In this document: piece by piece, positions 1 through 12,729 of the stretch
Layout of the letters: every line of letters starts with the position of its first letter
Position numbering within the stretch: the first letter of the stretch is position 1
DNA from: Selaginella moellendorffii
Lineage: Eukaryota > Plantae > Lycopodiophyta
Reading direction: 5' to 3'
Length of the DNA: 64,000 nucleotides
Assembly: GCF_000143415.4 (NCBI RefSeq)
Contig: NW_003314275.1
Span: 1,841,419-1,905,418 of the forward strand
Program-made: the position numbers and the translations under genes
The notes under the pieces: generated by a model
Told to the model about the DNA's origin: nothing
Database searches by the model: none
Seen by the model: the letters and a program-made list of their open reading frames with translations, nothing else

Positions 1-2600
1 ACTTCTAGGAGCGGATGCCTTCATGAATAACCTAATTTTATTTAGAAAACTATTTTGAATGCCATTAGTTGCAAAAGGAATGGAGACACAATTTTTCTAG
101 GCATACACAAGCAGGAAAATTGGGCACTTGTAACTCTCATCTTTGACTCCAGTTTAAAAAGAGCTAAAGCCAATTTTAATGAAGAACAAATTAGGGAATT
201 ATTCACCTAAATCTTAAGAGGCTTTGACAAAGGCAAAATCACAATTAGAATATTATGCTATCTCAAGACTTTAATCCAATGTCCTTTAGTTTGGACAACT
301 ACTCAAACACAGTTTGAGAGTAGACTTGTCTCAAGTTTAAGTGTCCTACGTATATTGCAAGCACTATAAAACTTAAACAATACTCACAAATCTAAAATTT
401 GAAAACAATTATCACAAACCATTCTAACCATTCAAACTACTCTATGCTTAATACACTTAAGAAAATTAATCAAGGCTCATCTCTTATACATAGAGAGCTT
501 ACTCAAACATTTGAGATTATAAACACTACTCAATGTGAAAGGTGTTACTCTCCTATAAATTTTGAGAGCATTTATATCACATCTAGCCCTATAAAGAAGA
601 ATTAAGGGCAATCACATGGAACATACTTTATATCCCCTGAAATGAGGCATAAATAAAGAGAAAATATATAAGTAAATATAGGCATGAAAACTCACCCTCT
701 AGACTAGTTGACTGACACTTAGTTGCTAGGGGAAATATTCACCACTTTAGACATGAAACACTTTTTGTAAAGTATAAACCACCCTTTATGAGATATGATC
801 CTTTATACGTACCTCTTTACAAAAGAGAATTTCCACCCAGTGAATATTTTTTATGTAGGCAAAATTATACAACTACTCAAGCAAGAGTTATAACTCAATT
901 TTTGCTTATGTTTGGAATGCATAAATCACCATGTGTGAATCAAGCTTTTGTTAGACGAAGTAGTCAAGAGGCTTTATGCCATAAACACGGAATAAAGAGT
1001 TGTAGAGGTTGTTGTTAGACGTAGGCATAACTCTTTTAGACACTATTACCATCACTTTGATCTCTAAAGAACTAAAATAAGCTTAGAGATATTAAAAAAG
1101 TGTTTTGTCTAACAATGTGAAATAGCATTAAACACTCCCAAAAATTCTAAAATACATTGTAAAGCTCAAGAATTTATTATACAAGCTTAAGTAGAAACTT
1201 GTATTGAACATTGGCAAAGAGGCTAAACAGAAATTTATCTTGAAAATTCATTTTTGTCTAGATTTGAAGCAAAGACTTTCAGGAATTAGTTAGCATATGC
1301 TTGAAAAGCTACCTAATGCTATTTCACAAATAAATTGATCTAAAATAAATTATTATGCACTAAACAATTTAAACCTTGTGTTGATTCCACAAGGCAATTT
1401 TATGGAATGGTCTCCATGCCTCATTCAAATTAGTCCCTAATGTTGATCCATTCAAATAATTCCAGGCAAAGTTGGCTGTAAGCTAAAGAGTAAGACTCAC
1501 TGTGAAACAAGCAAGCTACTCCAAAATTGGCAATTACGTGCTAGAGACTTTGCACTGAATTAATCTTCACTACACTAAGCACAGTCAGAAAAGGAAAGTC
1601 CTCATGCCCACCTAGGTGAAAAAATTAAGGATTGACAACCCTCCACAGTCTTGATAAAAGTTGATTGGGGGAATTGAGGTAGACAAAATAAAAATGTTTA
1701 TCAGTGATCCATCACATCTTTCAGAAAATACATTTTGTTTATAGACCTAGACGAAAGTTTGTTGATCCCCACTTTGTGTGGCTAAGCAAAAGTATAAGAA
1801 AACAAAAATTAAATTATCTTATGTGCCTAACTAGGCTAACAAATGATAGATTTAACGAAATTGCTTAAACAACTCAATGAATTACAGAGTAAAATACTTG
1901 ATAATATTTTGCTCAAGGTATACAAAATTTTGACTCCTAGTACCTTCACTATTGTCAAAGAAGGTGTGATAATACACCTAGATTACTTTGTAAGTACATA
2001 ATATAAGTGAGATTTATATATATAGAGTTACCTATATAAAAAGTAAATAGTGCCAAGATTTTTCCTAAACAAAGAGATAATTTGCCTATCCGAGCTAAAC
2101 GCAAATTTTGAGTATTATAACTTGCAAAGGATTTACAAAATTCTACTCAAAAGAATCACTAAAAAGGTGGATGGAGTTATAGGCAAGTAGAATCATCAAT
2201 GCAACATAATTTAATAACTCAAAAGTGCAATTCTACCTTTCACATCTACCAATGCATAGCACATCAACTACCAAGACTAATATATTGCAATGCTTGACTA
2301 GGAAAATCAGATCATGCATCAAAAACTCAACGATCTACACCAAAGTATCAAGCTTATTAATATGAAAACCAAGCTCAACAACATGGAGTAGGATTTGAAG
2401 AATCCAACTATCTAAGGATAGGCAATAATTTTGTCATAGGGAGTAATGAAGAGGTAAATGTTTTATCTTTTGTAACTTCTTGGGCAGAGTAAAAACATGA
2501 AGTTTAGGTGAAATGGAGTTACGCTTACACTTAAGCATCCAAAGAAGATATACCCGACCTAAGCAATGCTCATCATAGACAAGTATGAAATAGTTAAAAA
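1..2600 (+). mobile_element. Highly decayed Ty3/gypsy-type pol remnant (RT region recognisable)
   Basis: Frame-broken RT-like motifs: GEIFTTLDMK at ~730-760 (cf. FSxLDL) and FGMHKSP at ~910-930 (cf. PFGLxNAP). AT-rich with many stops; boundaries approximate. Confidence 0.5.
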
Positions 2601-3894
2601 CAATTATAAAATCATGTAATATATAAATAACACTTAGACATGTTGGAAAACAACCCCACCTACTATTGTATGCATTTGTATTAAATTAACCATCTTTTCT
2701 CCCACTTATGATTATTTGTGTAAAGTAAAGTTGAGAAAGTGATATATACTTATCCTTACTTATGCCTTTAGGGTTTGAGGTTGAGTGATTTTCTATTCTC
2801 TTCTCATTTTTTTTGTTCTTCTTCTTTTCTTCTCTACATTCTTGTTTCTATTTGTTTGTCACTATTTTGTAGGCAAGAGTAAGAATGCAAGTATAGGCAA
2901 AAAAAAGCCTTACTCAAGTCTATACCTTAATATTATTTCTCATTAGAGACCAAGATTTAATGTTTATATGTTTTCTTTTGAGAGATCTTAGCCTCTTTTC
3001 TCTTTTGGTTTGTTTTTGGGATGTTTTGAGTATGTTTACATAGTTTTTAGCCAATATTTTTGGGATAAATACACAATCAAACACCCTTACCCCCAAATAC
3101 AAAAATTGCTTAGTAAAGTGCCTAAAATATTAACAAAGGTGCTAAATAGTGTATTTTACTTGTGTTTTCAATATTTCTCTCCATCATAATTTAGATTTAG
3201 TTTAGAGCTTTTAATCAAGTAATTCCAAGTTAAGTTTCATCATTCCTAGCTCATGATTTGATATTTCTTTACTACAAGGGTTTCTTTGTGAGGGTATTTA
3301 TTAATATTGAGATTCTTATTTCTTCTCTTAAGTTTTACTCTTATCTTTCTTGCCCAATCTTTTCATGGCTATGACTTTTGTTGCAAGATATTCTATATAG
3401 AACAGTGAGTAAATGAATTTGTCATGGATTACATTAGCAAATTCAAGAGTTTGTGAGAGAATAAATTGTATATAATTCTAAAGTCCACCATCATAAAAAC
3501 TTGTGTTATTGGTTTCTTGCCTTTTGTTGCTTATAAGGGAAATTTCTTCCTCTTGTCATTTGTTTAGATTATGCAAGTGGAAAGGAAACTTTTAGGTCTT
3601 TCCCCCCTTCTTGACATATTGGCATCAATTGTAGACATTCTAGCTATCAAGGATCATACTTCTCTTTATCTATGTGAATTTATTATTAAAAAAAAAGCCA
3701 ATGTGTAAAAAATGCCATATTTTGAGATTCTGGTTCAAGTTCTTTTATAAAGTTTGAATATGCAGAATCAATCCATTGAGGTTTGCATTTGATGTCACAG
3801 TATATTCATTCTTCTCATTCATATCCATTCCTTTGTCTTTTACTTTGCATTGATTAAACACTCATTTAAATGGTTATATATAAATTATTAGAAT

Positions 3895-4407
3895 TGTGAG
3901 GTCCAAGTGTATAGCTATAATATCATATATTAATATTAGTATAGTGGGATTTTTGTAGCCATCAAATTGGTTTCAGTCTAGACCACTCGCTCTTGTATAT
4001 AAGCTAGGGTCTTTGGGCTAATTAATATGCACATTTCTATATTTTATTTTTATATTCCATGCACTCACATTAGTGAAGGTGAGGGGCAACTTTGATTGTC
4101 CCTGAGGAGTGCTTGGATTTAGGATTTTACTTTAGATCTAGCTTTTGCATTATCTAAACCTCCCTTTCTTTATAGCTTTTTCAATTTTTTCTTTTTTACT
4201 TTTTTCCTTTTCATTCATTTTCATGGTAGAATAGCAACCTCCTCCTCCTTTGACTTAAGAGTAGCAATTAGGACAATTGCTCAATGTTATATGGTTGCAG
4301 TTGAATAATCAAACTCAGTTGATAGCAACATTCATGGCGTATGGTATAGCTTCTTTTGCTTTTGCTGCCAATCCTTAAGTCTAACCAGAGTTCTTTTGTG
4401 GAAATCC
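3895..4407 (+). mobile_element. 5' fragment of a short-LTR gypsy element: LTR (3895-4069), decayed PBS and leader
   Basis: LTR runs TGTGAGGTCC...GCACTCACA (~175 bp) and is followed by TAGTGAAGGTGAGGGG. It is the reverse complement of 7940-9383 and a direct match to the LTR at 10895-11071. Homology stops at 4407. Confidence 0.8.
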
Positions 4408-7400
4408 GATAAGCACTAGTGAAAGTGTGGCATATCTCTAACCAATACATCAAAACATGAAATCCCTCAGCCATAAATGCAAGACCATTATCCGAAAAAA
4501 TTCACTCTGAACAAGAATGCTGAAACACCATTAAATTGAGGAGGAAGTATTCAATAGCAGTTGCAGAAGCACTAGCAAGAGCACCAACTTCTACCTAACA
4601 AGTCAAATAGTTAAAAGTAATAATAATATGCTTATTGCCAACAGTAGATCGTGGAAAAGGTCCTATAAAATGAAACACTACCAACTCAAACGGAAGGGAA
4701 ATTACAATTGACTCCAATTGTCCTTCTGCAACATGAAGGGGAGTATTATGAGCTTGGCATTAAATGCAACTATGCATATATAGAATAACATCATCTCGCA
4801 TCTCCAGCCAATAGAAAGAGCTGTGTAGTTTCTTAGTCACATGATAATGTCCTATATTCCCGCCTAGAATACGAGAATCATGGTAGGCATGAAGAAACCG
4901 TGGAATAAAGATTGAAGGCACCACCAGCCATAAATGATCATCAGGATCCATCCCCACAAAATAAAAATGGTTGTCTTCAAAACAAAATTAAGAATGTAAA
5001 TGCTAGAATGGCAAGTCATTAGCAAGTGATGTAGGATTCTCAAACCCATCTCAAAGCCTTCGAATCCATGACTCAATCTTTTGAGCCTTGCAAACATCAT
5101 TAAAACAAAGTAAATATTGCTCTATACCTTATGGACACTAAACATTTAGTACAGTAACCACCAACAGCATAGAATCCTTGTCTAGAAAATCCACAAATGC
5201 TAAAATAACAAGCTTGTTAGAAAAATGGGAAGAGAGTAAAAAAGGAAAAGGAGCTCAAGAAAGGGCATTAGCATTATCTATAGAACTCCCTAGGCAATGA
5301 ACAACATTAAAATTATATATCTGAAACTTCAAAACCCACTAGACAGTATGACCAACCATATTCTTCTACTTCAATCACCTTTTAGTAATGTCCAAGAACT
5401 ATGTAAATATGCATGAAGTCTTTCAAAACCCTAAACTGCTGCTAAACACTCCTCTATCGTGGATTAGTTTACCTTTGCTAGTTGTAATGTATGGCTGATA
5501 TATGCAATAGGATAGCACTGACTAGGCACACTTGGGCTCTCTTGCCTCAACACACCTTCAAGACCAATATCAAAAACATCCATGCACAAAAAGAAAAGTC
5601 AAGTGTAGTTAGGATATGCCAAAATTGGAGGAGTTATTAATAGCTTTTACATATTCACAAACGCCTGTTCACAATTCGTAAACCAAATGAAAGATGATGT
5701 TAATGACTTCAACAACACTTGCAATAATGTAATCCGATTAGAAAGATGATCTACAAAAAGACCGAGATATTGCACCTTGCTTAGGAAGCACTGCACATTA
5801 TTCACACACTTCAGAGTAGAGAACTTTAGAATAGCCACAAGTTTATTAAGATCAACTTGCAAACCCTCACAAGAAATACAATACCCAAAATAAGTTATGT
5901 CCTTGGACCCAAACATACACTTTAACCACTTCAGCTTTAAACCAATGTCCTGTAGTCAATGCAACACTTTATAAACATTACAAATGTGTTCCTCCTATGT
6001 CCCCTCCAAATGGATCAAGACATCATCAATGAAGTCAGCAATCATCTCCAACATATTGTAAAGAACCTCGTCCATCATCCGTTGAAAAATTGCTGGAGCA
6101 TTGTTCAAATCAAATAGCATCACCAAAAACTCATACAAACTAAATAGTGTATAAAAAGTAGTCTTAATAATATCTTCTTCAGCCATTGGTACTTGCCAGT
6201 ACCCTGAAGCATGATTTAGCTTGGTGAACCAAAGACTTCTTTTCAGACGATTCAAAAAATTAGTAGTGTGAGGAAGAGGGTACATATCAGGGATTGTCAC
6301 TTTGTTTAACAAACAGTAGTTGATGTAAAAAAAAATATTCCCATTAGGCTTTGTCACAAGATGAGGTTCACATGCCCAAGGACTTCGTGACTTTCAAATA
6401 ACACCTTTTTCCAACATCTCTTTGATATTTATATGTAAAATCTTAATCTCTTTAGGTGACCAACAACAAATAAAAACTTTGATTGGACAAGCATCTTTGG
6501 TTGGAATTGGATGATATATGGCAATCTTGGCCCCAAACAATGAGTCAAATTCAAAAAGATTGGCATACTCTTTCCTGAGCTAGTCAACCACTGCAACACA
6601 AAAACTGTTGAAAGAATCAAAAAAGGGAAAAGCAGAACAAAGCAAAAACATAGGAGGAAGTAATAAAGAGACAAAAGTAATTGAAGCAAAGGTAAAAGTA
6701 GAGGGATAAAGAGGTATGGAAGTGAGAAGAATAGATGAAATATAAAGAAGTATAAGACAAGGGGGAAAAGCCTCAAAGTCACACTTGGCATAATTGCACT
6801 GCAACCAATCTGTACCATAGATAAGGTTAAAAGCTTGACTCGGCACCACCCACAATGACTGCAATCCAAGCTCGAGATCGCCTATATGCACATCTACGTC
6901 TGCCTCATCCCATGCATATGCATGTGTACAGCCGTTGTTATAAAGAATGAAAATTAGCTCCACCGCACGATGCAAATGTAGATGGCAACGTGTGGTAACA
7001 GATCGAGCAATAGAAAATAAATTTAAACCTATATCAACTAATATGGAGAGAATAATATGAGATTTCTTGTATAAAAACGAGCTTGAAAAGTAAACACTAG
7101 ATAAACTAGTGCCAAATGAACCACTTGATGATACTCCCGAAAGAAAAATGGAAGGGTCACTGACTTATCTGTGCAAGATCCCTTTGTTATTCATGTGACT
7201 CCTCATTTCCCAGATGCTACTCGGTGTTCAGATCTTCCACTGTAGCAACACGAACAAGATGTTCTTGACACCAAGGTCTCTAAGTAGGAAATGGAGGCCT
7301 CTAATTCGGAAAACGCCGACAACACTGATAAGTGTGATTAACCTTATCACATGCCCAGCAATGAACATCACGGCTATGACCATGTCCTTGCTCTTGTCCT

Positions 7401-9383
7401 TGAACTCAAGCAATAGTAATATTAACCTCCATTGGAACATGACCATCTCCCATAGGAAGTGGAGCTGAAGGACATGCAGTGAGAAGTGGAAGAGACAAAA
7501 TCTCATAATGTTGTGTCAAATAAAAGGCATTGTCAATGGTGGCTGGAGCAAATGCATGCACAAGTCTTACAAGATCTTGACGAAGTGTTGGCCATAACAT
7601 TCCCAGCTTAATTTGTTTTGACATAATTGGCTCCGCACGAAGTAAAATGCTTCGGAAACAAATGCCAAATTGCATCACTGACTCTAATGGCCCTTGACAA
7701 AGGCAATGCAATTGTTGGAAGGCATCATCATAATGTCAGCATGTCCGAGTATGCGTTTGAAGATGTTCAAGAGAATACTCTAATTCCAACGAGTGGCTGC
7801 TCTCAAACCATTGAACCATTACAATGTTGTCTCTTGGAGACATGTGGGAAACTCACCCAAACATCAAGTATCATCCCAAGAATGATATATGGTAATCACT
7901 GTGAAGTGATTGAACCATTAGTACATATCATCCTTAGGATTCCCAAGAAAGAACTCTGGCCAAACGCAAGGATTAACACCAAGAGTAAAAGGAGCTATAC
8001 CACATGCCATGAATGCTATGAGAAATTAAGTTTGGTTGTTCAATTGCAATCGTATAGCATCAAGCAATTGCACCAACTGCTGCTCTAGAGTCAAAGGAGG
8101 AGGAAACTATTGCTCTACCATAAAGATAAATGAAAAAGAAAGAGCAAAAGAAGAGAAATGACAAAAAAAAAAGTGGAGATCTAAATAATGCAAGAGCTAA
8201 ATCCAAACCAAAATCCTGAAAGGAAAGAACAAAAAAAAGGAAATGGAAAAAGCTAGATTTAAACAAAAATCCCAAATCCAAGCACTCCTTAGGGAAAATC
8301 AAAAGTGCCCTTCAACTCCACCAATGTGAGTGCATAGAATATATAAAGGGGAATATAGAAAATATGCATATCAATTAGCCCAAAAACTTAGCTNNNNNNN
8401 NNNNNNNNNNNNNNNNNNNNNNNNNNNNNNNNNNNNNNNNNNNNNNNNNNNNNNNNNNNNNNNNNNNNNNNNNNNNNNNNNNNNNNNNNNNNNNNNNNNN
8501 NNNNNNNNNNNNNNNNNNNNNNNNNNNNNNNNNNNNNNNNNNNNNNNNNNNNNNNNNNNNNNNNNNNNNNNNNNNNNNNNNNNNNNNNNNNNNNNNNNNN
8601 NNNNNNNNNNNNNNNNNNNNNNNNNNNNNNNNNNNNNNNNNNNNNNNNNNNNNNNNNNNNNNNNNNNNNNNNNNNNNNNNNNNNNNNNNNNNNNNNNNNN
8701 NNNNNNNNNNNNNNNNNNNNNNNNNNNNNNNNNNNNNNNNNNNNNNNNNNNNNNNNNNNNNNNNNNNNNNNNNNNNNNNNNNNNNNNNNNNNNNNNNNNN
8801 NNNNNNNNNNNNNNNNNNNNNNNNNNNNNNNNNNNNNNNNNNNNNNNNNNNNNNNNNNNNNNNNNNNNNNNNNNNNNNNNNNNNNNNNNNNNNNNNNNNN
8901 NNNNNNNNNNNNNNNNNNNNNNNNNNNNNNNNNNNNNNNNNNNNNNNNNNNNNNNNNNNNNNNNNNNNNNNNNNNNNNNNNNNNNNNNNNNNNNNNNNNN
9001 NNNNNNNNNNNNNNNNNNNNNNNNNNNNNNNNNNNNNNNNNNNNNNNNNNNNNNNNNNNNNNNNNNNNNNNNNNNNNNNNNNNNNNNNNNNNNNNNNNNN
9101 NNNNNNNNNNNNNNNNNNNNNNNNNNNNNNNNNNNNNNNNNNNNNNNNNNNNNNNNNNNNNNNNNNNNNNNNNNNNNNNNNNNNNNNNNNNNNNNNNNNN
9201 NNNNNNNNNNNNNNNNNNNNNNNNNNNNNNNNNNNNNNNNNNNNNNNNNNNNNNNNNNNNNNNNNNNNNNNNNNNNNNTATATACAGGAGCGAGTGGTCC
9301 GAATTGAACAAATCTAATGGCTACATAATCCCACTACACTAATATTAGTATACGGCATTGTAGCCATATACTTGGACCTCACA
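4408..9383 (-). mobile_element. Degenerate Ty3/gypsy LTR retrotransposon, 5' LTR through the integrase core
   Basis: LTR 9383-8325 (spans the N gap); PBS TGGTGGAGTTGAAGGG ~8323-8308; gag zinc knuckle C-WA-C-DKVN-H-TYQC-C ~7366-7325; protease-like LVDIG ~7035; RT ORF 5995-6357 (YPLP..., ASGYWQVPM, NNAPAIFQRMM, FIDD); integrase H-H-C-C region 4760-4957 and SDNG...TSAY ending at 4408. Order PR-RT-RH-INT is gypsy. Confidence 0.9.
8394..9278. other. Assembly gap (885 N)
   Basis: Run of N bases. Confidence 1.
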
Positions 9384-10256
9384 AAATCATAATTTTAACA
9401 TTGATGGATTTTTATCTATATTTATAAAATATATAATTTAGTGTTTCCAAAATATTTATAGTTATTTCTATTATGTCATATTAAGGTGAAAGCCCCCTCT
9501 ATCTAGGGCAAGCTTTGAAAGGATGGTAGAGGATGGAGTGTAGGGTAGCCAAGATCAGACCTCGAGAAGAGTACCAAGTGTCTAAAGTTTGCATAACTAG
9601 TATAAGAAGATCACTTCTGGTGATTTTTCTGAATTTAAAAGCTCCCTTTTTCTAAATTTGAGAAAGCATCTACCCCTAAAATGGGACAAGCAGTGAGAGA
9701 GCAAGGATAATGTTACAACCCAAGCACAAACAAGCACCAGATATCCACCAGAATTCAAATCAATTACACTATAGTCACTAGTCTACATTGTAGAAAGGAA
9801 TATCCGAATTGTATTGGAATATTAAAGGGTTCCCCCACAATTGCAAGATTAAAAGCAAAGTGATATAGTTGCCCTAGTGAAAACCTAAGAACACCAGCAA
9901 TATTGCATTGCAAAGTATCCAAGATGGACAATCCACAATACCTGGCACTGGAAGATAACTTGCACAAGACAGGGGGATAGAAGCATCATAATGTATGTGT
10001 GTGACAAGCTCAAGATGGCCATCACATGCCAATACCAAGATAAGGACAATCACTTTCTCACAATGCAAATCCAAACTCCAAAAACCACTTATGGTCTATC
10101 ACAGCCCTAGCTATACTAGACACAACAACAAAAACACCTATATGAAACATTTGCAACAAAGATTCAGGCATGGAATACCCATGCAACTCTCTTCCTAGTG
10201 GGAGACTTCAATAGTCAGACAAAGGTGTACCAAACTCCACCAAAAAAGGGGGAATT

Positions 10257-11071
10257 CACACACAAGACTAACTGATTTATGGAGCTGTTATCCACAATCA
10301 TTTGTCATCTTTTTGGTATGTATATGTCACAGGGGTGCAGAGTTTTGTTAATGCTTCACCATATAAATTTTTATATGGTCATAATCCAATATTACCAATA
10401 GAGTTGGGTTTACCTTCGCAATTGCCACGAGCTGTTGATGCTAAATTGTGGGATTAATATTTGATGAGCATTCTTCCACTTGTTCGAGTAGAGTCTACTG
10501 AACACTTAGACCACGTATAAGTGGGACAACAATGGCACTACAACTCCTATTATCGTCTACCTACGGAGTATAAAATGAATGACTTGGTGTTAATTTGTTT
10601 TCCCCATCTTACGGTATGTGGTTTATTTAAGGGGCTCCTTGTTCAATGGAAAGAACTATATCGAGTGTTACAGCAAGTTGGACCACAAGTTTATGAGGTT
10701 CAACATGATGTCCAACAAGCCGATCCTCTAGAAATTGTGCATGTGTAATAATTAAAACACTTCGTACAAAAAAATCAAGAACAATTGATACCACTTACAA
10801 ATCCATTTATACCTTCTCTTGATGTTCCTCTAGATCCTGTCCCATCTAAGAGAGAACTCTAATGGTCTTCTATTATTCCAAAAGGAGGGGATGATATGAA
10901 GTCCAAATGTATAAGTATAATGCTGTATACTAATATTAATGTAATGGGATTTTAGTAGTTGTTAGATTGGTTTCAATCTAGATCACTTGCTCCTATATAT
11001 AAGCTAGGGCTTTTTGGCTAATTGATATGCACATTTTCTATATTCCCCTTTCCATATTCCATGCACTCACA
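10257..11071 (+). mobile_element. 3' part of a gypsy element: integrase C-terminal half, PPT and 3' LTR (10895-11071)
   Basis: HKTN*FMELLSTII...SPYKFLYGHNPILP...QWKELYRVLQQVGPQVYEV...IVHV; polypurine tract AAAAGGAGGGGA ~10880-10891; LTR ending GCACTCACA. Confidence 0.85.
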
Positions 11072-12729
11072 ATTTATATTTTATAATGTAATTTTTATGA
11101 TTGATATTTAATATACTTAATATAAATAATTGTTAAACAATATATAATAATATTTAGTATTAGTATTAAGCTTAGATTTGGGCCTTTATATTAGACCTAA
11201 ATAAAAATTTAACAGAACTATTAGATGTGGCTTGAAAAAATAGATTGAAATATTTAATATTCTATCTATTAGAATATAAAAACTAAGATGCTAATAATCT
11301 TCTATAATTAGTATGTGATCACATAGTAGAAGCAGCAAACAAAAGCTTGGCAATAGAAGGTATTATTAGAACAGTTTACCTAAACCTCCTATGTGGTGAG
11401 ATGAATGAATGAATGAATACATGCAAGATGTATTGAGCAACTCAAACTCTGGACATGGCAAACTTTTCAACAATAGTGCAGTGATAGGATAGTGGACACT
11501 GTAGGCTACAAGATTTACATAGGCACAGTAAACATTCAAAATACACAACAATCTACATCAATAGTAATTATTCATAGTTCAAACATGGGATTAACATCAT
11601 AATTTGGTTTAGTAAACGTAAAATTCTAAGCTACATCGTAACAACATCAAGGCAAAGGAATTGTACCTGGAGATGAACGTTTACCCTCTTCGGGTACCCC
11701 TAGAGGCACCGCCATTTTCCCGCCGGTCATTAAACCACAGAGTAAACTCTCATAAATGGCGACACCCTCAAATCACTCAACGTGGAACTCCAGAAAACAA
11801 AAAGAACATAAAGAAAGAACATAAAGAATTACGGTCGAGAAGAATATCTTTGTCAAAGCACAGATAACCACCACGGCAGGAACAAGCCAATCTCAAGACC
11901 TGGGCGTATCACATCAATCTAAGGCGGTGGCCAGCAAGCTTTCGCCACCTTAATTAACCCCGGCTTAGTCGCCCACTTAATTAGCTTCAAGCCGTTCCGG
12001 TGCCCCACACCAGAAGCACCACCTCCAACATGCTGCTATCAAAGATCTGATCCTCAAGCCTGCTTCCGTACTGTTGTCCTCAGCCTTTGACAAAAACACG
12101 ATAACACTCTCGCTGTCAAATAGAATAAGTAAAATGTATAAAAGAAAAAAAAACATTGGAGCAGTGATTTTAGCAGCAGCAGCAGCGGGCAGCGGCAGTA
12201 GCAGTGGTAGCAGCAGCAAAAGATTTGCAGGAAGGTGTGAGTGTCTGTGAGAAAAATCTGAGAGCTCTCCACTCCAAATCTTCCTTTACCACCGCGAATT
12301 ATAAGCAAATGGCCAGTTGAAAGTTCCTCGCAGTCAGTGGTGAGAGTGAGAGAGCGAGCGAGCGAGCGAGCGAGCATCCAGGCACGCACCAGCGATATCT
12401 TGACAGCACCAGGCACTATGTGTCTCACCCCAAGGTTTGCATCATCACGGATTAAAGAAACTACAGGAAAGAAAAGACCAAACTATAAGAGTATTAGTAT
12501 ACTGCTTAGAAACGAGAAACGAGAGAGAACGATACCTCCAGAATCGTAGTCCACTTGTCCAAAGAGCTCTCGAGGACTCGTCCCCGCTACAGAAACTTAT
12601 CAGTTAGAGAACCGACCAACAGCGAGAAAAGAGGAAAGGAAAACCATTGCCAAGGAAAAAAGAAAGAAAGAAAAAAGAACCAGCGACCGCTCTAATCTCG
12701 ATAAGTTACGTCGTGTAATCTTGCCCGTT

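Noticed and set aside
8330-9311. Long ORFs of 325 and 307 aa
   Set aside because: Artefacts of the N gap.
3895-9383. DIRS-like element with inverted terminal repeats
   Set aside because: It has a DDE integrase, PBS and PPT and no tyrosine recombinase; the inverted LTRs are better explained by an inversion involving two gypsy copies.
12086-12119. miR535/miR156-like TTGACAGCGAGAGTG on the minus strand
   Set aside because: Partial match with only a 6-7 bp stem; no precursor-length hairpin.
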